DNA of 61,679 nt, the filler included, from Asterionella formosa (taxonomy: Eukaryota): NCBI GenBank assembly GCA_002256025.1. It is 16 parts of 16 records of this genome, joined end to end, with 100 filler letters (N's around TTAATTAATTAA, not from the genome) between each part and the next. Parts side by side here need not be neighbours in the genome. Positions count along the whole stretch, not along the records: positions 50,250 to 53,997 come from NKIB01013928.1; positions 54,098 to 57,843 come from NKIB01013930.1; positions 57,944 to 61,679 come from NKIB01013931.1; 13 more parts are not named here. One strand, written 5' to 3'. Below, one piece after another: positions 50,689 through 61,679 of the stretch. How positions within the stretch are numbered: position 1 is the first letter of the stretch; every line of letters begins with the position of its first letter. The notes beneath the pieces are model-generated. The model searched no databases. It was not told the origin of the DNA and saw nothing but the letters and a program-made list of their open reading frames with translations. A program made the position numbers and the translations under genes.

Positions 50689-51717
50689 ATGTCACTCAAT
50701 CGCAACGTCCCTTCAATCGTGAATGAGCATGGCGTACAAGCAGAGCACATTAGGAATGGATTCTGTCCTAATCATCCAGACATTCAGCTTTGCAAAAAGA
50801 ATTGGTTTGGATTTTGGTAGACTGTGCGAGAGGGCTGCCCTAGATGCGATCGTAGGAATACCCAAGGGCCTACGGCTCCAACGACTCCAATGCCTCAGCA
50901 GTCTCCTTCTTTGCCAGCAACACAATCTCAGTCTACAACCCAAATTCCAACCACTTCAATTTCGGCTCCGATTGATTTGATTCTGTCTGCGATGAAGGAT
51001 CATTCATCCAATGCTGAAATTCAAGAAGAAAGTCTCATGGACCTTTCGAACTTGGCTGCCAATCGTGACAACAACAGGATGACGATTGCTGAAGCAGGAG
51101 GTATCATTCTGTCTGCGATGAATAATCATTCCACGAATGCTGACATACAAGAATATTGTTGTAGAGCGCTTTTGAAATTTGTTGAGAATGACAACAACGA
51201 GGTCACGATTGCGGAACAAGAAGGTATCACTACCATTCTGTCTGCGATGAAAAGGCATTCATCCAATGCTAATGTGCAAGAATCTGGTTGTGCAGCCCTT
51301 TGTATATTGGCTGACAATAATGAAAACAACAAGTTGAGGATTGCTGCAGCAGGAGGTATCGTTATGATTCTGTCTGCAATGAAGAATCATTTATTCAATG
51401 CTAATGTGCAAGAGTATGGTTGTGCAGCACTTTGGAACTTGACTGAGAATGAAGACAATAAGGTGACGATTGCCGAAACAGGAGGTATCACCACAATTCA
51501 GTCTGCTATGAAGACTTATTACTTCAATGCGAATGTGCAATACTATGGTTGTGCAGCACTTGGCACCTTGGCTGTGAATAATCTCAGCAACAAGGAGGTG
51601 ATTGCCCATGCTGATGTAAAAGTCGCAATTGATTCTGCTTTGCGAAATCACTCAGCCAATGCTGGTGTGAAAGCAAAAGCTGAAAGAGCACTTCAAATAT
51701 TGAACCATGAGAATTGA
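50689..51717 (+). pseudogene. ARM-repeat paralog (5 repeats + cap) with one in-frame TAG at 50818-50820
   Basis: ATG 50689 reads GFCPNHPDIQLCKKNWFGFW*TVREGCPRC then continues in frame into the ARM array; 5' and 3' flanks homologous to the 21437 gene. Confidence 0.85.
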
Positions 51718-51869
51718 TCATTATGGTGGAAATGGTCATTTTGGAAATTTTTACTATGATTAATTAGTATTCATTTTTGTAACTAAGTAACTGTTCTATG
51801 TTGATTATCAATTATAGCTAAGTGTACATTTTGTTAAGAATTTACGTTTCTGCTCTTCTTTTTTATTGA

Positions 51870-52008
51870 TAGGGTCAGTAGAATCAGGGGATGCCGCCTT
51901 CTGGGCGTCATCCCTAAGTAGCACCTGGCCCTTCTAGGGCTGGGTATGTACATGTAGCAGATGGTACCACTAATCCTATGGTAGTACAGTTGTAATGGTA
52001 TAGGAATC
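51870..52008 (-). mobile_element. Diverged solo copy of the twin-hairpin unit found at 25845-25964
   Basis: GGGATGCCGCC-TTCTG-GGCGTCATCCC and CCTGGCCC-TTCTA-GGGCTGGG, then TGTAGCA..ACTAATCCTAT, matching the reverse complement of the contig-7 unit. Confidence 0.8.
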
Positions 52009-52388
52009 TTTAAGGAAGTGGATAAACGGATTTACAAGGAAAATATCTTAAAAGTGAATGGTGGGGTTCCCTTGCAGGTGAGGAATTTGATTTCCTCTCA
52101 GCTTTCTGTTGATGAGTATGAAGAAAGAATTGAGCTCGACTCTATTTTCTCTTGGAAATTTGAAAAAGCAGAAACCGCATTACTTTTTTTGGGATGAAAA
52201 GCATCAGTAGTTGGTTGCTTTTTGTCACATGCAGACATGCAATAAATTGCGTCTGTAAAAAAGCCCGTTATGGCTAACAGTTTCACTCTATTATCCACTG
52301 CCCAAAATTTGCAGTATGACATATCATAATTGGATTAATCATACAGAAAAATGATTGATCAATCATTTATATAAAATTAAAATTGATC

Positions 52389-52848
52389 ACACATACACAC
52401 ATACATAAATACATATATACATACACATATGCATACATAAATAGATAAATATATTCATACATACGTATAGACATATATAAATACATTCATAAAAAGATAG
52501 ATACATACAAATATACATATATACTTTCATAGATACATACATACATACTTTCATACATAAATATACACATACATATACATATACACATACATATACATAT
52601 GCATATACATATACACATACATATACATATACACATACACATATTCATACATAGATAGATAAATATATTCATACATACGTATAGACATTTATAAATACAT
52701 TCATAAAAACATAAATACATACATATATACATATATACTTTCATTCATACATATATACATACTTTCATACATACATATACACATACATATACATATACAC
52801 ATACATATACATATACACATACATATACATATACACATACATATACAC

Positions 52849-52885
<37 letters not shown>

Positions 52886-52900
52886 CACACACACACACAC
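52389..52900. repeat. (ATAC/ATATAC/AC)n low-complexity microsatellite
   Basis: Direct inspection; includes an internal duplication (~52440 vs ~52655). Confidence 0.97.
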
Positions 52901-53283
52901 CTTTATCATAGATCATGATACATGCATTATATTTAAAAAAAAGAAAAAAGTGAAAACAATCGAATGTGAATGAGATTTTGCGATCTGCGCCAATGGTGAG
53001 ATAGAATAAACAATTTCTTTCTTTCAAAGAAACAGCCTGATCGACTTGTGATGCAATATTAAGTCGTAAATTTTCTTTATACCAACAAAAATTCCTTTTT
53101 TAGTCTGCGCAATAATATTGACATACTGATTTGCAATTGCGAATTACTCATGTCCGTTTGATAGGCTTGTTTTGCAAGGGATTGCAAACCCACGCCGGCA
53201 ACATTGGATACACATGTAACATTCCTTCTTGGGGGTACCGGTACCGGTAGCCCGGTACAATATCCGATGTGGGTACCAGACAA

Positions 53284-53497
53284 AAATGGCTTTGAGCCAC
53301 GTTATTACATCGTTTTCCGACTAATTCTAGAATAATGCTAAAATCGATCCCCTCTTTCGCCCTTTGGCACGATAATAGACTAGTTAGTTCATTAAGCTAC
53401 ATGAGAATTGAATCATTTTTTTATTTGAACACATATTTACTGAGATCCTATCAATTTTAAAAGTGACAAAAACGGCCGAAGTGGCTCAAAGCCATTT
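53284..53497. mobile_element. Candidate MITE with 17-bp perfect inverted repeats
   Basis: AAATGGCTTTGAGCCAC (53284-53300) and GTGGCTCAAAGCCATTT (53481-53497) around an AT-rich interior; no TSD seen. Confidence 0.55.
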
Positions 53498-53739
53498 ATT
53501 AAAATTTTACCATCTACTATTAAGGTTCTTTATAGGCGATTATTAGAAAATATTACATCGTTTGCATGTTTTTTTTCGCAGCCAGAAGCTGCATCTTTCT
53601 TGTACTGGTGGTGTCACTTCAATTATATCTTGTTGGTTCCATCAAAGACTCTTCGCATTTTTTCGCTGCAGTCGTTGCATCGCTCATTCTTATACTCCCA
53701 TTGTATCTTGTCATGTAATTGCAGTTGCACTGCAGCATC

Positions 53740-53997
53740 ACAACACATCATAGTGTCATGGTATCTGGTAAGTAGAAGTTGCTTCGTTGTTGGTAATGGA
53801 AGATTGCCTGCTCGCTTGTAACATGTTGCCCCTGTTTTCGTTTGCGCCACTGTCCAGCACTCTGTTGATAGTTTTTTTAGAGTTCGGATTGCATCAACCT
53901 TGTTTGCAAGCGCCGTGTGTGCATCTATTTTCTTAGCTACTATACTCTCGCTCACACTGCACTCCTTCCGCACGCCGCTTCCTTTTCAACTCTTCAT
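53740..53997 (-). mobile_element. Possible C-terminal remnant of a pogo-like transposase
   Basis: WTVAQTKT...YKRAGNLPLPTTKQLLLTRY resembles C-termini of diatom DDE_1-type ORFs (from memory only). Confidence 0.35.
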
Positions 53998-54097
53998 NNN
54001 NNNNNNNNNNNNNNNNNNNNNNNNNNNNNNNNNNNNNNNNNTTAATTAATTAANNNNNNNNNNNNNNNNNNNNNNNNNNNNNNNNNNNNNNNNNNNN

Positions 54098-54222
54098 GAA
54101 AACGGATCAATCACTGTAGAGCTTTTGGTTGGCTTGCCAAACCATATGGATCACTCTGGCATCTTTTCTCAAAAGAACGGACCCCCAACCTTCCTAATCC
54201 TTGATGGGTGCAGGTCCTCTCG
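54098..54222 (+). mobile_element. pogo-like (DDE_1-type) transposase fragment
   Basis: ENGSITVELLV...MDHSGIF..KNG..TFLILDGC.S, matching the FLLLDGH.S second-Asp motif. Confidence 0.65.
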
Positions 54223-56200
54223 ATATGCAGAAACAAGAACTCAACACACCGTCTAAAAATACAAAAAAAATCATGCATATAGAATCAAGGACATTGAACG
54301 CTAAGTGGCACAGGATTTTCGTATATATGATAATTTTTGGATCAAAACTATGATCAAGGTATCCTGCAACTGTGATGATTTATTAATATTTTACGGACCT
54401 TGAAGTATTATGATAATAAGAACATTATCATCACACAATTTATATCAACTGATCAACAACATTTCTCATCAATATCATAAACGTATGAATCCTAAAATCA
54501 GCTTAACTCTATGCTATCATGTGAATTGTTTCATCGTATATCTATCTTAAACATGATCATGATTCTAATCACAAGCATTGTTCAAAATAGATAGAAATGG
54601 ATCGTAATTGAAGTATCAAATTGAGAAATGCTATCTACTAAGTTATGATTTTTCAGGCCAGCGACTTTTCTCTCTCTACTTGGCTCAATGTATATTGTTC
54701 CTGTCTCGCCCTTTTCTTCCTCTTTTGTGAATCTTGTGCCAAGCAGTGCTTCGTCTCTCTCTCTCTGCTGTTCTTAGTGTCATTCTGAACTCGCCGACTA
54801 TTCCGTTGTTGGATCGGTTTATTTTCCTTTGCAGTTACAGTAACAATGAGAAGGAATGACTAGTTAGCTAGTCATGTTACAATGACAAAACATCACGCCA
54901 TTCCATCGTATCCTCTTGCTTGCTTCACTTTCTACAAATCAAAGCAACTGATGCATAAGTCTGTAGTAGTAACTGGTAAGTAAATTCTTGAATATGTAAG
55001 TTTCAGGTATCCAATGTTGTCAAATAAAGCTTACCGATTCATTTTCGTTAGCTCGACTTTGTGGGAAGATAAATGTGTCCGTAAGTTATGCTCCAACAGA
55101 AGTGAAAAGGTCCAACGACATGAGCACTTACCAATTTTGTTTTGTTTTAGCTACATTGGTGCTCCCCAACAAGCGAAATGAGCTATTGAATCAACTGAGA
55201 AGAGAGGAAACATGTGTTTAGTTTACAATTTGTTGTTGTCCTGCCTCCCAACGATTGTAATCCAAGTACCCCCAAGTTAATGGCTTCATTACCTTAAACA
55301 TACTCCATCCTTCGAAGGCGCAATGTGTCGAAGCCACAATGTTTTTCGTTATTGCGTAAACTTTCCTTTCTTGTCATAGTATGCTTTACTACGATATTTC
55401 TTTTCATGAAGCAGGCATTGTTTGTTAACATCACAGAACGATTTCAAATATATTTGCGATGTATATTGTTAAAAAATTTGTAAATATATAAATATATCAA
55501 GTGTTGTACATTTATAAAGCAAAGTCAAAGGCACTCTCAATATGGCATAACTGGCATTGTTGAGATGATCATATTTGCATAAAGATAATTCGAAAATATT
55601 CAATGCACCATGATATGTCCATTGTTCTCCACAACTTCGTGTACCGGTACTGTTTCTGAAATTTGTTTGAATCAATATTTTCTACATCCGTTGGAACCAA
55701 TTATTTACCAGCAGACCATTCAATTGGTGTAGTTCACAACCCATTTGTATCATTGTTTATATGCAAGGATTTTGGTAGCTAATTATTTAAGCCCCCTTTT
55801 TTGGCGGGAGTTCTTCATGTGTACATCATATGATCATAAAATTTTATCATATACATACAGAGTACCAGTAGCAGGTAGAAAGTGAGAGAGATACTGGGGT
55901 AGTTGGAGTCGTAGTAAGCGAGCAACAGAACACCATATGTTCAGGACTGTTGCTACTGCAGTGGGACAATAAAGCATCATAGTTTTAGGATCGTATGAAT
56001 ATATAGTTGAAAGCAAGATATGCTATTACTCAAACTCAGTTCTGATTTTGTATATGATAATGTAAATAGCACTGTTGATCTTATGGCATCATATCTAGAG
56101 AGCGTAAAATATTATATGTAGTGGATTCATTTCATTGTAGCAACACCTGATTTTAACATCATCGAAGTTAAGACAACAACAACAGTCATCTAATAGTACA

Positions 56201-57843
56201 ATGTCTTCAAAAACCCGCAAAGAGGTTCATGGAAACAAGCGACATGTGGTAAAAACTGCCGACATGGTACCATATCATAAATTTTCTAATTGCAAAGACC
56301 AACAAGTACATGACAAACTGAGGGAAAAACATTTTGCACTTTCCAAAGGATATTATCAATTGGTCAATGAACTCAATCACTACAAAGGTCGTAATTTGGT
56401 TCAAAACTCGCTTGTCCATCATATGAGGTGATCAAGAATCTCCAATTTCAGCAGCCTTATCAGAACGTCGTTCCCACTTAGCTAAAATTGAACCGATCCA
56501 TCAATTGTCACAAAGCTTGTGAGTTTTATTTGCTTTCAAGACCAAGAAGTTTTGCTGTGAACATGCATGGTTGATCGTGAATTGTAGGTACGCACTGTGA
56601 AATAGAATATCAATCTAATGTGCTTTTTTCTGGTCCCAAAAGAAAATCAAACATCCCGCCCTATCTGGTCCAAGTAGTATGAAAGGCATTTCCAATCACA
56701 AACAGGATTGGTTTGCCGAATATTGCCTAACTCGGCTATACACAGTGAAACCGGAGTTAGGCAAAGAAGTGGAGAGTGACCCAGAGAGCTTGCTGATTTC
56801 ATATGGAATGGTTCTGATGCACTCCTACTTCCGATGAATCAGACCATTGAACGTATCAACAAGGCACGTTCAGATTACATCAAATCAACATTTGGTGGCA
56901 TATGCATTAAAAAGTTGAGAGAATGTCAGAATGTATTGAATAATCAATTTAAAGGAATCTTAGGTAAATTCTTGCAGGGAGATGCTCTGAAAGCATGATG
57001 CTTTGATTCAGTGATTACATTCTTATCAAATATGTTTCAATTTAAAAATGCTAACATAATTCATGACACACCATCTGGTCTAACAGAATATAACTTCCAG
57101 ACTATTGATATTGATCACTTTATAAGGTGGGCGTTCACGATGCTTTATCGTTTTGCGCTGTCAAAGGACATTGACAGGGGAAGCCAAGAAGGATACCAAG
57201 TCTGGCGTGATGTTCTTGCTCCATTCTATTTTATAGGCAGGACAAGCTGTGGAGAACCATTTTTAACAGGAGACAAATCTGGTGTGACCAAATTTCAACT
57301 CAGTCTTCGGGCACAGTGTGAATTGCAATCACGTTTTGTTGGTTCGCTGATCAATGCCAGTACAGAAGCCTTTTGCTTCTTGGTGCTGAAAGGAAAATTC
57401 CGATTGCAACAAAAATATTTGGGTTTCAATCCAGATACGCAGGAAATTTCAGAGAACGATATTCGTCATTCTACTGATTTGTCGACATTGTTGGGAAACC
57501 ACTTATCAAAAAAATTGGGAGGGAAGAAAGTTCAGTTTCAAATGGTCTCACTGATCAATGGACTGATGATATTGATTTACTCGGTTATTATAAGGTAATC
57601 TACACTGGACTTTTACAAAAGAATCGATCTGAATATGGAAGGAATCCTAGTGGAATTGCTACTTCCGCAAAAAATATCATCTACCCACACTCATACTTCT
57701 CATTTACCAACCTAATTGAAGAGGATATGCATCCAATATGTTGAACCACTTCAACCAAATGTTCCTGAGAAGAATATTGATTACAGTGACTGCATTAATC
57801 AATGGGACATTGATGATGACTTTGATTTTGAATGGATCTAATA
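56201..57843 (+). pseudogene. Frameshifted ORF of unknown family, likely transposon accessory gene
   Basis: Same-strand fragments 56201-56431 and 57011-57598 with coding-like intervening sequence; STEAFCFLVL motif and acidic tail. Confidence 0.4.
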
Positions 57844-57943
57844 NNNNNNNNNNNNNNNNNNNNNNNNNNNNNNNNNNNNNNNNNNNNTTAATTAATTAAN
57901 NNNNNNNNNNNNNNNNNNNNNNNNNNNNNNNNNNNNNNNNNNN

Positions 57944-58935
57944 TACCAGCCTGAGGCAGCCCATACATGCCACGACGGATTTCGGCATAGATGTGCCCAT
58001 CAATGATTTTGGGAGCTAGGTTGTAGAGGATTTGAATGTGTGGGGGGATCATCCATATAGGGATGCGCACATATTCATATTCGGCAGGTGCAAGATGACT
58101 TTCCAGATAAAAATCAGATAAATCCAGTGTCATGAAGCGGCCATTGGGGGTACTCATGGTACTGTTGAACAAACATTTTGCAGTAGTGAGATCAGCAGTC
58201 TTGGTGCTGACATTGCCAGTGTAAATGACATGATCACCCCCAGCGGTCAAACGAACGCGTTGGGGAATGGTTTTCTCAGGTCGATCGGCACACACAATGC
58301 GGATGTAAGTGGCGCGTTTGTGTGAGGGCATCTCATGCTTATGAATGAAAAAACAGCAATTAGTACCCGTGGGCATGTCAGAATGGTGTCCCAAGCCCTG
58401 AAATAACTGGCCAATTTCTAATCCATTGGCGGTGGCCCACAGGGGAGCAGTGCTGCAAGTCAATAATTCTCTATATACAGGCATCAGGATCAGGGAGAAG
58501 GGGGATGGTGGATGCTGTGGGTGTACCGGTCACCCTCAGTGATGGAATGGGGTGATGCAGGAGGGGAGCAATGGGTTGTTGTGTGAGCTCAGGCAGTGAG
58601 AGAATTTCAAGGAGCTGCTGGAGAGCAGCTTTGTGGGTTGCAAAGAGTGGGGCAACAGGAGACCGAGTGGTGGGATGTAACAAGGCAAAGGCAATGTCCT
58701 GCAAACTGGTTGTGATCAGGTCAGCGGATGAATTACAGGGTAGGTGGACAGTATCGCAGATTCTGATTGAACGTTTGTCCCACATTCAGATGTGGTAGCA
58801 GCGATGGGAATCCACAGCAGGGTCGACATACCAACCATCGAGAGCATGCGGAGCCCATGTTGTGCAGTGTTGGGGCTTGGCATGAACAAGGACCCAACAG
58901 CCAGGTGGAGCAAGGGGGATACGGTTGTAATCATA
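57944..58935 (-). mobile_element. Ty1/copia (CoDi-type) pol remnant: integrase C-terminus and RT N-half
   Basis: YNRIPLAPPGC.VLVHAKP..TWAPHALDGWYV; GTNCCFFI..TYIRIVCADRPEK..RVRLTAGGD..TKTADLTTAKCLFNS..DLSDFYL..EIRRGMYGLPQAG. Confidence 0.93.
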
Positions 58936-59651
58936 TGGTGGCTCCATCGTCGAGTTTAGAAATCAGTTTCTGACAGGTCAAACAAGAGACTTTGAAATCG
59001 CTTGCCAAGCCGTAATCTTTGGGAGAGACAACAATCAACGGTTGTTTCATTGTTGAAATCAGAAAGTCAAACACATCCTGCTCCAGAAATGATTCACATT
59101 GCTGTTCAATGGACAGCTTTTGTTGTCTATTTGATGTAAAGTAAGTTACAAAGTCGCTCACGAAGTGATTGTTTGCAATATTCTTTTACAAATTTATTAA
59201 CACAACTTTTGCAATACATATCTTCCTACAGAAATTTCGACAATGTATTATAGTCGATTATATGATTCATGTTCAGTTGAGAGCAGTCTGTTTTAATTGG
59301 TGACGATGTGATTGCTAGTTCAATTGGTGAAGTGGTTGTTATAGGGGGACAAAAAGGCATGTTAGAGGTCCACCAATTTTGATTTTCATCAGACGCTATA
59401 TTTTGTCTTCCTTGACCACCAACACCAATTTCGGAAATGAGACGGCTACCATTGTAATGTGGCATGATTTTGTCTTATAACAATTGGTTGGTGTTGCTTG
59501 TTTTTATGGCTAGTTGATTCGTTAGATTGTGTAAAAATAAAAATATATTTGTCATTCATGCCACCACATTTTTAGAAGGTTTCGAAACATTGTACGTAGG
59601 TGGATTGAAGTTCTTGATTTCCTAATGAAATAAATGAAAATCGTAAAAACA

Positions 59652-60110
59652 CTAATCACTAATAGATTTAGAACATTTAGAACGTTTGGAAGTTGGTATG
59701 AAACCAGTGTACACTTTGTTTGGGTCCTTGTTCTTCAAAAGAGATCGAACCCCCTTCAAACAACAGTCAGGAAGTTGCATCCGAACACCTTTTCCCAATG
59801 GACCACTGAAAACTTTGAATAGAAACTTGTACAGAAGATTGCGGGCTCTTGATACCATAATGTCTTCATCCTTCAACCTGGTAAGAATGGATTCACCTTC
59901 CAGAAACTTCTCCACCAACTCTTCGACTTCATCCCATTGGCACTGACATTCAGGGCAGCAAAAATCGCAGCATTCGCAGAAGATGCGATCCTAACATCCC
60001 TCCACATACGACTCTACAATCAACCGTTCTTGGCAGGTAGGACAACTATATTGACTACAGTTAAATTCGTCATTACCGTTGTCATCATTTTGATGTGTAA
60101 TTTCGCTCAT
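59652..60110 (-). pseudogene. Cys-rich P2X7-C-terminal-like (KolX-like) small protein with one in-frame TAG (59991-59993)
   Basis: From ATG 60110: CPTC..GC*DRIFCECCDFCCPECQCQW...RARNLLYKFLF..GPLGKGVRMQLPDCCLKGVR...VYTGF. Confidence 0.65.
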
Positions 60111-61359
60111 GGTTGATTGTTGCTTTTTTTGTTTCTTACCAGTAGTCATCAACACTATTTGTCATGCTGCCAGCTCGTCTGACACATATATGTTGATTGT
60201 ATGATAGGGTATATAAACATTGAGCCATGGAGAATGTTTATGTATATATTTATTGAATTCGAAAAGGAATCTAACTATGTATGTACGCGCAAATTTCCAG
60301 TGATTCAAATATTTCAAATGGAATCACGTCATTCAAATTTAACTCAAAAAAATTCGCAGTTCCAGGGAATTTCGGTAACCCTAAGCAACATTTTAATTTT
60401 TGCCTAGGGGTTCAAATGCAGGAACCTTAACCAAGATTATGTACTACCTGTATCAGGTACCCTGGTGAACCTTGACTCCGGTATTGGTTTATATACCGGA
60501 ATGTGCCACTGAGTGTAGAGTAATATGCCTTTTGGGTACCAGTTATATTAAATCTACAGACAGCAACTAAGACTCAATATAAACGGATAAAAAATATCAT
60601 TCTCCTGATTTAAATTTGTGTTTTGGCATGGAACAAAATTATGTCTTCATTCAGCAACGCAGATATAGTATAAACGTTTAAATATCTTTATCGTTTGTTT
60701 GAAATGGAACTCTATCTATCTGGTGCCGACTCCTGTTTAATTCAAAAAATCAAATGGACAGTCGAATCATGGGAATTTATTGCAGCAAACTCCCTGTTCC
60801 ATGCCGATTTTACAACCCTAGCGACGTTTTCTCCAAACTAGGGTTAAGCCGAGGGCCGCAACCTTAAGACCACTATAAGGGGAATTCTTACATTTTGAAC
60901 TACAAGCTTTTTCAATTTTAGCAATACGACAATATTTACTATGAACAAGTCATTTGTTTCACGCATCTTCATATAGGATGTCTTAACGCCTGACCACAAA
61001 AATGTTGAGTGAGGCACATCGGAAGAAAATAAAATTACCTCATTTAGCTGGGCCGACATTTTATCTTCATATACGATATTGTTTAAAGTTTTATACTCCA
61101 AATAAATATAGCTTCCTTTAACGCTTTTCTTAAGGTGGACAGTTATTATGGCGCGATTGTGTGCAACATCATCCCAATTTAAACATGCACGATAGGTCGC
61201 ACCATAGAAATTAAGTCATAGAAATTAAGTGATTTTTTACTGTCAATATATACCGGTATAGCGGTATGCATCCTGAATTGCTCTGGAGACAATCACAAAA
61301 TACCATATTTTCATATTTTCGGATCTTTCTACCGGTACTTGGTACTATTACGAACCGAA

Positions 61360-61600
61360 GATGCACCAAACTTCGAGCAAAGTACAGAGTTATTTGTAAG
61401 ACTCTGGATAAGGACAAAGTAAAGCTTGTTCTAAACAACATTGTTAGAGAACTAGAAGCTACAAAGGCTAACAATGGAGGAGTGTTACTATATGGTGCTA
61501 TCACTAGATAAGAAGCAAACAAATTTGGCAAAATTACGTGGCTAACAAACGACATGGTAAAGTACCATTTGAAGAAATTGAAGAACAACAACACAGATCT
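61360..61600 (+). mobile_element. Possible decayed N-terminus of a pogo-like transposase
   Basis: KANNGGVLLYGAI...WLTNDMVKYHLKK with an internal stop; resemblance from memory only. Confidence 0.3.
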
Positions 61601-61679
61601 AGTAGTAGGGGGCTTAAATTCTACAGTTCTATTGGATTGTTCCCCAGCAAATCAATTGGAAACTAGCAGCATACTTACC

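Noticed and set aside
50818..50820. In-frame TAG here and at 59991 suggesting stop-codon reassignment
   Set aside because: Calreticulin and the 33393 gene end in TAG, and the long intact ORFs contain no internal TAG; ordinary nonsense mutations suffice.

Overview
This window is not one locus. It is 16 short contigs (3776 down to 3736 bp, sorted by length) joined by artificial 100-bp linkers (44 N + TTAATTAATTAA + 44 N), so neighbourhood across linkers is meaningless. The source is a eukaryote, very probably a diatom: short GT-AG introns, bipartite plastid presequences (AAA-FAP, SQA-FV), a CoDi-type copia RT and diatom-type ankyrin/ARM families. Apparently intact or contig-truncated genes: calreticulin (C-terminal GDEF), a Coq11-like SDR, a bacterial-type glucokinase N-terminus, a FAM185A/DUF4097-like protein, a thylakoid-lumen-targeted unknown, a >1250-aa double-PqiA membrane protein, a COG3899-like helical protein, an ARM-repeat protein (with a disrupted paralog), a spliced KRITF-motif protein and a spliced 62-aa microprotein missed by the ORF track. 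The rest is largely decayed transposons (IS630/Tc1/mariner, pogo, hAT, Harbinger, gypsy, copia, KolX-like) and dispersed repeats. Most notable: (1) a chain of (CCCTAA)n repeats, twin-hairpin units and a Penelope-like RT fragment attached to a gene truncated at the telomeric junction, resembling fossil chromosome healing by a telomere-targeting retroelement; (2) 25 copies of the palindrome TACCGGTA, with repeat-copy alignments showing it arises by a TA-to-TACCGGTA 6-bp insertion; (3) a tRNA-derived SINE candidate; (4) an ARM cassette with variable helix-3 residues. All family calls are from motif recognition by eye; no searches were run.
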